Both the position numbers and the translations under genes were made by a program. Source: a virus. From it: a stretch of DNA of 64,000 nucleotides. The notes beneath the pieces were generated by a model. It was not told the origin of the DNA. It made no database searches and saw only the letters and a list, made by a program, of their open reading frames with translations. Positions 25,156-35,000 of this stretch are shown piece by piece (position 1 is the first letter of the stretch; each line of letters begins with the position of its first letter). The stretch is taken from the IMG/VR virus record IMGVR_UViG_3300019458_000001; one strand, 5' to 3'.

Positions 25156-25575
25156 ATGGGCACATGGGGAGTCGGAATGAGAGCCGGCGACACCGCGTGG
25201 GACGCGATCGGCGACTGCAAGTTCAACGTGAACGGGAAGCCTCCGAAGAAGACGCTCGATGAACTCGCGAAGAAGCCCGGGCTCGTGTTGAGATACTTCA
25301 AGGACTGGATTCGCCGCGATCCAATGGCGATCCTCGCCGTCGCCGAGTACCTGTTCGACGCGGGCATCGACGTGAAGCCGGCGAGAAAGGTCATCGACGG
25401 CGCGCTGAAGCACGAGCTCTCGAACAAGAGACTCGAGCCCTGGGGCCACGCCCAGGACCAGAAGGACGCCCTCATTCGATTCAGGGACCGCCTCAACGGG
25501 AAGAAGGTCGACGAAGCGAAGCTCGCCGAGGACAACGAGGGCCTGCTGTCCAAAATGGACAGATGGATTTTGTGA
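25156..25575 (+). CDS. DUF4259-like protein
   Basis: N-terminus MGTWGVGMRAGDTAWDAIGD resembles the DUF4259 signature (MGxWGxG..D.A.D). AAGGAG lies upstream. Confidence 0.55.
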   Translation: MGTWGVGMRAGDTAWDAIGDCKFNVNGKPPKKTLDELAKKPGLVLRYFKDWIRRDPMAILAVAEYLFDAGIDVKPARKVIDGALKHELSNKRLEPWGHAQDQKDALIRFRDRLNGKKVDEAKLAEDNEGLLSKMDRWIL

Positions 25576-26348
25576 CACAGGAGGAGCTCCTTGCGAGGGG
25601 CCTCCCGAAGTGGCCTCAGATGCTCGTGACCGGCAACACGGTCACCATCCAGCAGGCGAAGGAGATCATCCGGAGGACGGACTCGTTCTTCGGGTGGTTC
25701 GGCGGAGGAAACGACCGCGCGTTCACGCGCAAGATCAAGCAGGCACTCAGGATCCCGCTCACGCGATTCGACCACGATTCCGATCCGGGCGCCCCGAAAG
25801 AAGGCGAGCTTGATGGATACATGCAAGCCGTCGACCGCTGGTGCAAGATCTGGGAATGGGTCGACACCGAGTACGTGCACAACTCCTGGATCCAGTGCGC
25901 TTACATCTACGGGCCGCACGGATGGTGCCACCCGGACGGGACGATCGGCTACACGGACAATGTCGGCAAGTGGCCGTCCTGCGAGGCGGTCTTCGCGGAC
26001 TGGAAGAAGCTCGCCGCCGCGTTTCCGTTCATCGATATCGGTGTCACGCTGTTCGACAACGAACACGGCCACGAGGGCACGATCAGCCCCGTCGTCAGCT
26101 TCCGCGTACAAGACGGCAAGGCCGACACCGCAGACCCGGCCGCATTGAACGTCCACGCGAGCCACCCTCCGGCCGAGAAGCGCGACGAGCACGCCATGAA
26201 GCTCGCCGTCTACGATCTCGTGTCCAAGCCGGCGGCCGAGCGGGAGACGGCGATCCCGTGGGCGTGGATTCTTGAGTGGGCCGACTGGTACGATCGGCAG
26301 AGCAAGGACTTCCCGGATGCGCCGGGAGAAAGGAACATCATCGTATGA
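25563..26348 (+). CDS. hypothetical protein (261 aa)
   Basis: Track ORF. Confidence 0.6.
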   Translation: MDFVTQEELLARGLPKWPQMLVTGNTVTIQQAKEIIRRTDSFFGWFGGGNDRAFTRKIKQALRIPLTRFDHDSDPGAPKEGELDGYMQAVDRWCKIWEWVDTEYVHNSWIQCAYIYGPHGWCHPDGTIGYTDNVGKWPSCEAVFADWKKLAAAFPFIDIGVTLFDNEHGHEGTISPVVSFRVQDGKADTADPAALNVHASHPPAEKRDEHAMKLAVYDLVSKPAAERETAIPWAWILEWADWYDRQSKDFPDAPGERNIIV

Positions 26349-26944
26349 GTTCGTTCGTCACCCCAAACATGATCAAGAGCCTGGAGCGCCACGCACTCAA
26401 GGCCATCCACAAGAGCGACCAGTTCCAGTGCTACCGGATGGGGCGTCCAGGCACCGGCATCTACGCGGTCTACATCACGTTCATGTGTCACGGAGCCGAC
26501 CCCGCGGGCGTCACGCCGCGCGGGAAGATGATCGTGCTCACGGGCGACATCTCGTTCTGCGATCAGACGAACGCCGTCGCCTCGCACTACGGGTACGACT
26601 TCGAGTGGTTCTCCGACCAACTCTCCGAGCGATACCTCTGCGAGAAGTTCCTCCGGAAGTGCTGGTCGAAGGAGGCCGCGATGCGCGACATCAAGGACGA
26701 GGCCCGCGAGATCAGGGAGAACAAGGAAAGCGACGCCGGCGACCTGCACAGGGCAGGCGAGCTCGAGACCCTCGCTCGCGACATCGAGGTCGGCGAAATG
26801 GGCGAAGGCGACGTCTACAACGCGTACATGGAGATCAACAGGACGGACGATTACGACATCGGGTACGACTATCCGCTTGCGGAAGCCGGCTGGCTCTGCG
26901 CCGTCCAGCAGAAGTTCAGGGAGCTTCTCCCGATGATTTCGTGA
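26345..26944 (+). CDS. hypothetical protein (199 aa)
   Basis: ATGA overlap at 26345 (MSSFVTPN..). Confidence 0.6.
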   Translation: MSSFVTPNMIKSLERHALKAIHKSDQFQCYRMGRPGTGIYAVYITFMCHGADPAGVTPRGKMIVLTGDISFCDQTNAVASHYGYDFEWFSDQLSERYLCEKFLRKCWSKEAAMRDIKDEAREIRENKESDAGDLHRAGELETLARDIEVGEMGEGDVYNAYMEINRTDDYDIGYDYPLAEAGWLCAVQQKFRELLPMIS

Positions 26945-26954
26945 AAGGAAGGCC

Positions 26955-27164
26955 ATGCAATACAAGTATGTCCGGTTCTTTGCCATCGGGACAGATGGCA
27001 AGATGGAGTGGGACTCCATCAAGGACGACAACGATCTCAGGACGCGCATCCTTTCGTCTCTCGACATAGAAGCTCAGTTCGAGGAGGCTGGCGGATTCGA
27101 CGCCCTCCAGCGTCCCGGCGACTTCGTGCGGACGAGATACATGGTCTTCGTTCGTTGCGCCTGA
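26955..27164 (+). CDS. hypothetical protein (69 aa)
   Basis: Track ORF. AAGGAAGG lies upstream. Confidence 0.5.
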   Translation: MQYKYVRFFAIGTDGKMEWDSIKDDNDLRTRILSSLDIEAQFEEAGGFDALQRPGDFVRTRYMVFVRCA

Positions 27165-27171
27165 GGCCACG

Positions 27172-27372
27172 ATGAGCACGATAACCTACACCGTAACGCT
27201 GGAAAGCGAGGCCTTCGGCGTCGCGACGTTCGAGTACGATTCGTGGCAGGACGTTCTCGAAGGCATCACCAGCCTTCAGCGGGGCTCCGAGAAGGCGTTC
27301 AAGAGGGACAAGATCGAGCGGCGCATCGTCATCCATGTCGGCGACGCCAAGTCGGAGCCGGAGCCGGCATGA
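27172..27372 (+). CDS. hypothetical protein (66 aa)
   Basis: Track ORF. Confidence 0.5.
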   Translation: MSTITYTVTLESEAFGVATFEYDSWQDVLEGITSLQRGSEKAFKRDKIERRIVIHVGDAKSEPEPA

Positions 27373-27665
27373 GCAGGAAGACGTTCGACGTCCGGCACAC
27401 GCTCGAGGACAGGGACGCCCCGTTCGGGCTGACCGCCAGGAGATGTCCGGCCTGCGGAGAGTTCCCGAGAGGGATGATCGCGATGTTCTCCGGCCGGGCC
27501 GACATCTACACCGACGACGAGGGCAAGACGTTCGAGTTCAACGGGTCGGTCATTCCGACCGGCCGTGGATCGATCGTGCGGGGCGACGAAGACACCGTCA
27601 CGCTCGTCTGCGGCGGCGGCCACCAATGGGAGTCGTCCGTGCAACCCAAGAGGAAGACCGAATGA
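27369..27665 (+). CDS. hypothetical protein (98 aa) with CPAC motif
   Basis: ATGA overlap at 27369. Confidence 0.5.
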   Translation: MSRKTFDVRHTLEDRDAPFGLTARRCPACGEFPRGMIAMFSGRADIYTDDEGKTFEFNGSVIPTGRGSIVRGDEDTVTLVCGGGHQWESSVQPKRKTE

Positions 27666-27874
27666 CTGTCTGGATCGTGGAGATCTCGAAGGGCGACGAT
27701 GCACGCATTCTCGGGATCGCCAGAACAAAAGAACGCGCAGAGCTATTCCTGAAGGACTTCGTTGAAGCGGAACGCGTGAAGCTCGGGGCGCAATGGTCCC
27801 ACTGGAATGCCTTGCACTGGAGGAGTGTTGGCGGTTTTTCGGCCAGGGCGTATGAAGAGGAGGTCCTCGAGTGA
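27662..27874 (+). CDS. hypothetical protein (70 aa)
   Basis: ATGA overlap at 27662 (MTVWIVEISKG..). Confidence 0.5.
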   Translation: MTVWIVEISKGDDARILGIARTKERAELFLKDFVEAERVKLGAQWSHWNALHWRSVGGFSARAYEEEVLE

Positions 27875-28665
27875 GCACGAAGATCTACAACGCTTATCGC
27901 GTGAAGCGGGGCGTGAAACTGTGGCCGGTTCTCTGGGACATCAAGAAGAAAGCCACGAAGAACATCCAGAAGGTGCTCATCGACATGTACAACCGCGTTC
28001 TCAGCAACGAGAGCGCCAAGAACGAGGTCCGCGGGAATCTCAAACTGGAAGCCGACTGCGAGGTGGGCCCGATCGAAGTCTCGGACAACATCAAGAAGGC
28101 TTACAGGCTTCAGCTTGGGAGTCACGCCCGAAACCCGTTCAACTTCGACGTGAAGGTGTCAGTCCGCGAGCTCGACGGCCGCTTCTACCTGATCGCCCAC
28201 TGCGACTGGGTGATGGGCGAGGTTCTTGATTTTCTCGCCAAGGACAAGCGGCTCGAGGACTTCCACTACCAGAACTCGTCCGACAAGCCGGACGAGATTC
28301 CGCAGCGAGAGTGGAACCTGAGAAGCAGGACATGGGACCGGATGGACAGAGCCGGATGGAGGAACTTCGTCCTTCTCACCATCTGCGACTGGGACACGTT
28401 CCCATACATCGATCCCGCGTGGAACTTCGGAAAGGAGAACCCTTGGCACAAGGAACTGAAGGCCCAGGCGGAACGCCAGGAAGCAAAACGCAAGGCCGCC
28501 TCTGCTGTCAATGCGGCAAGTCCTGCATCTCCTGGTGCTACTACTGCAAGCTCGACTTCTGCGGCACCGGCCCCTGCATCGAAGCCCACGACGCCAGATG
28601 CCCAGGTTACCACGAGTCCAGGGCCATCAAACCCAAGCCAGCTCCCGCCCCCGGAGACCCCGTGA
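27871..28665 (+). CDS. hypothetical protein; 3-prime end uncertain because the low-complexity tail overlaps a better-looking frame
   Basis: GTGA overlap start. Convincing coding up to about 28490. After that the tail is Ala/Ser/Pro/Thr-rich, while frame 0 encodes a Zn finger. Confidence 0.5.
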   Translation: MSTKIYNAYRVKRGVKLWPVLWDIKKKATKNIQKVLIDMYNRVLSNESAKNEVRGNLKLEADCEVGPIEVSDNIKKAYRLQLGSHARNPFNFDVKVSVRELDGRFYLIAHCDWVMGEVLDFLAKDKRLEDFHYQNSSDKPDEIPQREWNLRSRTWDRMDRAGWRNFVLLTICDWDTFPYIDPAWNFGKENPWHKELKAQAERQEAKRKAASAVNAASPASPGATTASSTSAAPAPASKPTTPDAQVTTSPGPSNPSQLPPPETP

Positions 28666-28760
28666 AAACGGCTGGAGATCTCTTCGGACAGGAGGTACCA
28701 TCCCAGCCCCCGAAGGCGCCTCGAAAGAAGCGGAAGCACAAGAGAAAGGATTCCAAGTAG
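28443..28760 (+). CDS. MYND-type zinc-finger protein (own TTG start, or -1 frameshift extension of 27871 gene)
   Basis: CCQCGKSCISWCYYCKLDFCGTGPCIEAHDARC fits C-x2-C-x7-C-x2-C-x4-C-x4-C-x3-H-x3-C. AAGGAG (28432-28437), 5 nt, TTG 28443. Basic C-terminal tail. Confidence 0.45.
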   Translation: MAQGTEGPGGTPGSKTQGRLCCQCGKSCISWCYYCKLDFCGTGPCIEAHDARCPGYHESRAIKPKPAPAPGDPVKTAGDLFGQEVPSQPPKAPRKKRKHKRKDSK

Positions 28761-28761
28761 A

Positions 28762-28959
28762 ATGATCTCCGAAGTGACCGACTGTCAGATCACGGAGCTC
28801 GTCGTCAACGCGCACGGCTCCGAGGCAATACAGCCAGTGCCGGAGGATCAAGCGGAGCTTGCGTTCCGCCACCTCATGCGCTGCGGGACGTGCCGCGCGA
28901 CGTTGCCCTACGAGAACCGCGGAAGATTCGTGACCTCGTACGTCCTCACGCTGGATTAG
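28762..28959 (+). CDS. hypothetical protein (65 aa)
   Basis: Track ORF. Confidence 0.45.
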   Translation: MISEVTDCQITELVVNAHGSEAIQPVPEDQAELAFRHLMRCGTCRATLPYENRGRFVTSYVLTLD

Positions 28960-28960
28960 C

Positions 28961-29236
28961 GTGTTCACCCTCATCCTGCCCATCGGCGGGATAAGGCTCT
29001 TCGGGACAGGTGCGCTCCGGAAGATCGAGTCGCAGCTCCACGAGTATTGCGACGGCGGCACGGAAGACAGGGATCCGGATTGCTGCGAGCAGCACCGGTC
29101 GTTCAACGCCGCCATCGACGGCGTCGAGAGCTTGATTCTCGCTCACTCTTTTAGTGGAATCGACGTCTCCTCCGAGGAGTACGTCGACGGGATCCAGACC
29201 GCGCTGGATGCGGTCGCGCATCACCTCAGCGACTAG
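28961..29236 (+). CDS. hypothetical protein (91 aa)
   Basis: GTG start. Track ORF. Ends in TAG. Confidence 0.45.
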   Translation: MFTLILPIGGIRLFGTGALRKIESQLHEYCDGGTEDRDPDCCEQHRSFNAAIDGVESLILAHSFSGIDVSSEEYVDGIQTALDAVAHHLSD

Positions 29237-29245
29237 GAGGCGCGC

Positions 29246-29884
29246 ATGAAAGTTCACGTCAGAGACGGGGCTGCCTGCAAGACCGTCAAAACCCTCGACA
29301 TTCCCGGACAGAAGCCCATCGTCATCAAGGTCTCGACGTCCGACGGGACGTTCTTCGCCAACGTCGGGTTTCGTCCTTTTCGGGAGGAAACCCTCCGCGC
29401 CCTCGAAGAGAAAATCAACGCGGCGATCGAGGAGTTCAAGAGGCCGTCGGTCGATACATGGGAGCCCCTCATCGTCATCTACTTCGGCCACGTCCGATAC
29501 CCGCACTATGCGGAGAGGTTCCAAATCCGCAGGTTCTTCGTCCTGCGCGACGCGAATGGCAAGATCGAGTGGTTCTGCACATTCGCGCAACATCCCGTAG
29601 ACCACCCCGGCCTTCCTGATTTGGAAAAAGCCGAACGAACCCGCGGCACTTTCGAGGCTCCCAACATCACGGTCATCCCGTACACGCCGATCAACTGGGA
29701 TCTCCTGAACCGCGCCATCAACGCGATGGCGTTCATGCAGTCTATCATCGTCAAGACCGTCAACGAAGCCGCCCAGGACGGATCGCTCGTTCAGCGGACG
29801 GAAAGCGTCCTTGAGGACGCCGCCCGCGCCGCCCTGATCTCATTGAAAAGCCCAATTCCGGAGGAGGTAGCCAATGGCCAGTAA
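29246..29884 (+). CDS. hypothetical protein (212 aa)
   Basis: Track ORF. TAGGAGG lies upstream. Confidence 0.6.
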   Translation: MKVHVRDGAACKTVKTLDIPGQKPIVIKVSTSDGTFFANVGFRPFREETLRALEEKINAAIEEFKRPSVDTWEPLIVIYFGHVRYPHYAERFQIRRFFVLRDANGKIEWFCTFAQHPVDHPGLPDLEKAERTRGTFEAPNITVIPYTPINWDLLNRAINAMAFMQSIIVKTVNEAAQDGSLVQRTESVLEDAARAALISLKSPIPEEVANGQ

Positions 29885-30440
29885 CGACTACATCACCAAG
29901 TGCAAGGTCGAGGAGATCATCAAGGTCAAGGCCGACACGCTCTACAAGACGATCGACGCCGCGAAGAAGTTCAGGCTCGATCAGATCTCTTGCGATGCCT
30001 TTGACAACGACCCCGAACTCAAGAAGCTGAAGGGCGAGCTCGAGAAGCTCTCCGAGGAGAACCGGAAGCTCGCCGAGAAGCACAACAAGGAGAAGGCCGT
30101 CTTCGACGCCAAGCAGCGCGAGGAAACCGACAAGCAGAAGGCGAAGACAGACGAGATCAACCGGAAGATGCACGAACGAGTCCAGCTCATCAAGCAGAAG
30201 ATCTCGGCGGACATCTCCAAGACCGAGATGTCCGCGGCCGAGCTCCGGACCCGCGTCCAGGAGAAGATGACGAAGGCCCACGAGACGCTGTGGGTCGCCG
30301 GCGCGGGCCAGGAACTGAAGGACGTCCTGAGCCAGGTGCCGACGATCGACGAGCTCAGGAACGACGGCCTGCGCGCCCTCATCCCGGCGGACCAGATGCA
30401 GAAGCTCCTCTTGGGGATGGCCTCGCAGCCCCAGCGCTAA
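29874..30440 (+). CDS. coiled-coil protein (188 aa)
   Basis: Lys/Glu-rich, heptad-like sequence. Track ORF. Confidence 0.55.
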   Translation: MASNDYITKCKVEEIIKVKADTLYKTIDAAKKFRLDQISCDAFDNDPELKKLKGELEKLSEENRKLAEKHNKEKAVFDAKQREETDKQKAKTDEINRKMHERVQLIKQKISADISKTEMSAAELRTRVQEKMTKAHETLWVAGAGQELKDVLSQVPTIDELRNDGLRALIPADQMQKLLLGMASQPQR

Positions 30441-30904
30441 TGGACGCGGTTGCCGCGCAGCTCAGGATCCGGGACCTGACCCGGGACGGAATTCAACGCA
30501 AGGACCTCCCGGAACTGTTGAGTCTCGCCAAGAGGCTCTACCACGAATCCGCGATGGCGGATCTCATTGTGCCGCTGTTCGCCGCGCTCGCGAAGGCGCC
30601 GAACGTCGAGATCGACCCCGCCAAGAACGACGGGACGAACAAGGGCATCTACGAGAAGTACATCGTTCTCCGGTCGAACGGATCGAGCGGCCCCGGGGGG
30701 AAGCACGAGAAGTGCCGGTACTTCGTCCTGGACCTCATCCACGATGAGTTCTCAAGGCCGGCGATCGATGCGTACAAGGCCTCCTGTCGGGAGAAGTTCC
30801 CAGAGCTGGCCGACGATCTCGGGCACATCTTCTGCACCGGATCGCCGCACTTCGACGGGCACTCGCACCCTCCGGGCGAATCCCCGAGGGGACTTGTCAC
30901 GTAG
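30440..30904 (+). CDS. hypothetical protein (154 aa)
   Basis: ATG 30440 overlaps the upstream TAA by 1 nt (MDAVAAQL..). Confidence 0.55.
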   Translation: MDAVAAQLRIRDLTRDGIQRKDLPELLSLAKRLYHESAMADLIVPLFAALAKAPNVEIDPAKNDGTNKGIYEKYIVLRSNGSSGPGGKHEKCRYFVLDLIHDEFSRPAIDAYKASCREKFPELADDLGHIFCTGSPHFDGHSHPPGESPRGLVT

Positions 30905-30915
30905 TGAACGCGCGC

Positions 30916-30947
30916 GGGGAGGGACACTCGTGTCCCTCCCCTTTTTT
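30916..30947 (+). terminator. rho-independent terminator
   Basis: GGGGAGGGACA-CTCG-TGTCCCTCCCC (11-bp stem) followed by TTTTTT. Confidence 0.75.
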
Positions 30948-30971
30948 GCCCGCGCGTGATAGCATGGCGCC

Positions 30972-31418
30972 ATGCCCATTCCCGAGGAGCGCCTCAAGAT
31001 CCGGCTCGGGATCCGGAAAGACCAGGCCGCGGCTAAGGACGTCATCATGGCGAAGCTCCGCGACAAGATCCAGAAGGGCTACCTCCCGAAGGACGGCAGG
31101 GAGCTCGCGGACGTCCTGAAGCTGGTCCACGACTACGGAAAGTCGGTCGGTCACGTCGAGGAATGCCAGGAAATCCTGGAGAAACTGTCGGAGGGAACGC
31201 CCATGACGATGGAGAAGTTCGGCGTCGAGTGCAAAGGGGACCACAAGCCCACGCTGCCCCACATGGAGAAGAAGGCATCCGGCGACATCGTCTGCAGGCA
31301 CTGCGGGGCGAAGTTCGCCGACCTCAACATCGCTGAGAAGGTCTCCGTGAAGGACGAAGTCAAGCAGGGCAAGAAGGACGCCAAGGACTCGATCGAAAAG
31401 ATGCTCAACATCGACTAG
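30972..31418 (+). CDS. hypothetical protein (148 aa)
   Basis: Track ORF downstream of the terminator. Confidence 0.55.
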   Translation: MPIPEERLKIRLGIRKDQAAAKDVIMAKLRDKIQKGYLPKDGRELADVLKLVHDYGKSVGHVEECQEILEKLSEGTPMTMEKFGVECKGDHKPTLPHMEKKASGDIVCRHCGAKFADLNIAEKVSVKDEVKQGKKDAKDSIEKMLNID

Positions 31419-31426
31419 GAGGCGCC

Positions 31427-31693
31427 GTGCCCGAAACCAAGACCGACGTCCTCGATGAATTCATCATCAAGAACAAGGTGCCAGACGCAGGCACCGACCA
31501 GCCGAACCGGAAGCTCCTCGGCCTCTTCGTCGAGTTCCTGAAGGAGCGCGGCCAGTACGTAGAAAAAGGCGACCTCAAGAAGGAGCTCACGGAGAAGTTC
31601 TCGATCAAGGACCGGAACAAGGTTCCGATCGAGGTGACGAAGTGCCTGGTGTGCGGGCACCAGGAGTACGAAGTGAAGGAGTCCGAGGGCTAA
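31427..31693 (+). CDS. hypothetical protein (88 aa)
   Basis: Track ORF. CLVCGH motif. Confidence 0.5.
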   Translation: MPETKTDVLDEFIIKNKVPDAGTDQPNRKLLGLFVEFLKERGQYVEKGDLKKELTEKFSIKDRNKVPIEVTKCLVCGHQEYEVKESEG

Positions 31694-32067
31694 GCTCTCG
31701 CCAGCTCCTCTGCGTTCAGGACCTGCTTCCCGAGGGCGCGCTTGAGCTTCCGCATCGCGGTGTACTCGATCTGGGCGACCCGCGTTTTCGAGTAGCCGGT
31801 CCCGCGCGAGACGGCGTCCATCGAGAACGGCGGCTGCGAGACGAGCCCGCAGATCGCGTTGTGGAAGCTCTCGCCGTCCCCGTCCTCGCCCACCTTGATC
31901 TTGAATGGGCAGTCCGCGCACCGATTCCAGGACTTCTTGATCTCCATCGCCATCATCAGGTTCTTGAAGTCCTGCTTCTCCTCCATCGCCGAGAGAAGCG
32001 TCTCCGGGGACTTGAAGAACGGGCACTTCGCCTTCCCCGTGCACGGCGTGATGAGCTTGATCGTCAT
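31690..32067 (-). CDS. Cys-rich N-terminal domain fused to a sigma-70 region 4-like HTH (candidate RNAP specificity factor)
   Basis: ATG 32067 after GAGGAGG. N-terminus CTGKAKC..CADC. C-terminus FSMDAVSRGTGYSKTRVAQIEYTAMRKLKRAL aligns by eye with sigma70 region 4.2 (..TRERIRQIEAKALRKLR). Confidence 0.6.
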   Translation of the reverse strand: MTIKLITPCTGKAKCPFFKSPETLLSAMEEKQDFKNLMMAMEIKKSWNRCADCPFKIKVGEDGDGESFHNAICGLVSQPPFSMDAVSRGTGYSKTRVAQIEYTAMRKLKRALGKQVLNAEELARA

Positions 32068-32077
32068 GCGAACCTCC

Positions 32078-35000
32078 TCATGACGCAGCCGGAGCGGCGA
32101 CCGGTTCAGCGATCGTCGCCCCGTACGCGATTCCAGGGATCGGATTCCATCCTTTGACATCGCTCTTCCACCCCTCTGCCACGGCCTTCTGAAGCGTGTC
32201 CCGCAGGCGCCGGAACGAGAGCGCCGCCATCCAATCCTTCCGGCCCATCGGAACGACGTCCACACCCTTGAGAACGGGCCGGAAGCGGACCGGATTCGGA
32301 TTGGCGATGACGTTCGCCCGCCCCATCGCGCGAAGCCGCGAGATGTCGTCGTCCGTCAGGATCTTCTCGACGCCGCCGAGCTCGTCGATCTCCTCCATGA
32401 GCATCGCGTTTCTGGCCAGTTCGAGCGGAACCGGGGCGGCCTGTCTGCGGTTCTCCATGCGGACGACATTGAGCGGGACGACATCGCCTTCTACGAGGTC
32501 TGTCCTCGCCCCACTGTCGGTCACGAGCGCCGTGTCGGTCGCGGACCGGACCACCGTCTCGATGTGCTTCTTGCGGACGGCCCCCCGGAAGATGTCATAG
32601 ATCTGATCGACCATGTACCGGCGCGTGAAGTCGACGCCCTTGGTATCGAGGAGGTCTCGCGGATCGACCAGACCCTCCGACATCGGGTCGCCAGGATTCA
32701 CGACCTTGCCAGGCTTCACCGTCGGCTCGAACGGCGTGAAGTAGGCCTTCCCTGAGACCCGCACGTCGTAGCCGCCCGGCGCCTTCCCGACGCTCTCGAC
32801 GACGCCGTGTTCGGGCGCGACAAGCGCCTTCTGCTTCATGTCGTGCGGCATCTCGAGGAGCGTCTTCAACTTCTCGAAGCCCGTCATCTGGCCGGCGCCG
32901 CGCCCGGTGATGCCCTGGACGTGCTTCGACCCGAGGATAAGCTGGGTCATCGGCTCGCCAATCGCCTGCGCCGCGGTGATCCCGATGAAGGCTCCTGGCT
33001 TCGGAACGCGTCCGCGCTCGTCGAGCCCGTACGAAAGCGAGTACGTTCCGTAGGGGTGACTCGAAGTAAGCGGGCTTCCAAGTTCGACTGACTTCTTCCC
33101 TGCCGCCCGGAACCGCTCACGCATCTGCGCATCGAAGAGGTCGCCCCTCTTGGCGATCGCCCCGTAATCCCGCATCACGTACCGCCCGACCGACTCCCGG
33201 TCGTCGACCGAGAACTCGAGTCCCCGCTCGTCGTCCGGGGTCGCCCCAGGAACGATCCTGTTCTCGATCGACGTCTGCACCATGGACTTCGTGAGCGCTC
33301 CGGGTTCCGCCGTCGAGATCTTCGTCTCGACGCTTCCGCGCCTGGATCCGAGGACCGACACCCAGTAGTCGGCGGGCGTCATGCCTTGTGCGTAGCCCGT
33401 GCGTACTGGATGCGTGTGGATCCTTCCGCGGATGTCTTCCACCAGAACAGGCGCCGCGATCATCTGCGTCGCCTGAGCGATGTCGCCTCGGCCGCCCGAG
33501 GCGATCATCTGCCCGAGCGAACTCCCGCGCTCCCTCATCGTATTCTCGGACAGGCTCTTCAGCTCGTCGTACGCCTTCGAGTAAATTTCGACGATCTTCT
33601 GGTCCAGGCGCTTCTTGTCCGAGATGGACTTCACGGCCTCTGCCGCCTGTGCGTCGTACTTTTTCATCACGGCGGAGACCTCGCCCTTTGGCAGCTTGAG
33701 GTCGTCGAGACGAACCGAGAGGCCGGACAGATATGCGTACTCGTTCCCGATGTCCTTGAGCGCGTCCGCGACTGGCGCCAGAACCCTCGGGTTCTCGCGC
33801 GCCACGGACTCCAGAATCTTGGTCATCGCCCCTTTGTCGAGAATGAGATCCGGCCGGCGCAGCTTCTCCGGCAGCGCCCTGTTCACAAGAAGCCGGCCCA
33901 CGGTCGTCTCGGCTCCGGCAATTCGGATGAGATCTGTTTCCGTGATCTTCCCGTCGTAGAAGTCCTCGAGCGCTTCGAGGTCGGACGGATATGCCTTCCC
34001 TGTCTTCCTGCCCACGCTCGTGAGGCGGAAGAGCCCGACCTGGGACTCATGGCGCGGCGTAACGAGAATCTTCTCGGACGTCGACATCGGGTTCGCCGAC
34101 GGCATCATCTCGAAGGACTCCCGGACCGCCTCCGGGGTCACGGGGACGTGGACCCCGACCGTGTCCCCGTCGAAATCAGCGCCGAGCCCGACCGTGACGA
34201 GTTGGTTCAGGTGGATCGACTTCCCGGGGAAGAGCTTCGGCTTGAGGCCGATGATCCCGTGCTTGTGGAGGGTCGGCGCGCGATTCAGGATCACGGGCCT
34301 CTCGCTCATCGCCCGCGCCAGAGCGCCCCTGGCGTTCTCGGACCGCATCTTGATCAGCTCCTCAGCCTCGAGCGGAGGGACCCCCTGTTCGGCGAGTTTC
34401 TGGACGATGAACGGCTTGAAGACGATCCAGGCCATGTCCTCCGGGATCCCAACCTCGTCCATGCCAAGCGTCGGATTCCCGACGATCGCGGCGCGGCCTG
34501 AGAGTTCCTGCTGCTTCCGGAGAACGCGGGACTGGAAGTAGCTTCCCTTCGGGTGCTCGCCCGTCACGACATCGACGATGCCGCGGTAGTGCTCGGAGGA
34601 GATTGGGTCGCCAACGCCGGCCACCGCCTTCACCGCCTGGTAGAGATCGGCTCGCTGCTCGCGGAGCGACTCATCCGGGATCTGGCCCGACAGATCCTTG
34701 ATCTGGTTCTTGAGGGCCACGAGGTCGCGATAGAGATAGTTCACGTCGGAGACGTTCAGCGTTCCGTCCGGAAGCGGGTAGACGGGGCGGTAGATCGGGG
34801 GGAGAACCGGGATCTTGCTCACGAAGAGGTCTTCCGGGCGGATCGCGTTGTCCTTCATGTTGATCAGGAACCTGAGGGCCCGGTTGATCGCGTTGAGATC
34901 GCTTCCCTTCGAGCGCTTCGCCTGGTCCTTTAGGAGGCGGATCGCCCTCGGGACGTCCACCGACTCGAGCATCCGGCGTACCGCGGCGGGGCCCGTCATA

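Noticed and set aside
24745-25262. Track ORFs 24745..25059, 24938..25180 and 25032..25262 across the tRNA-like array.
   Set aside because: Their translations are Arg/Ser/Pro-rich and not protein-like. The DNA is better explained by five stem-loop RNAs with NCCA ends.
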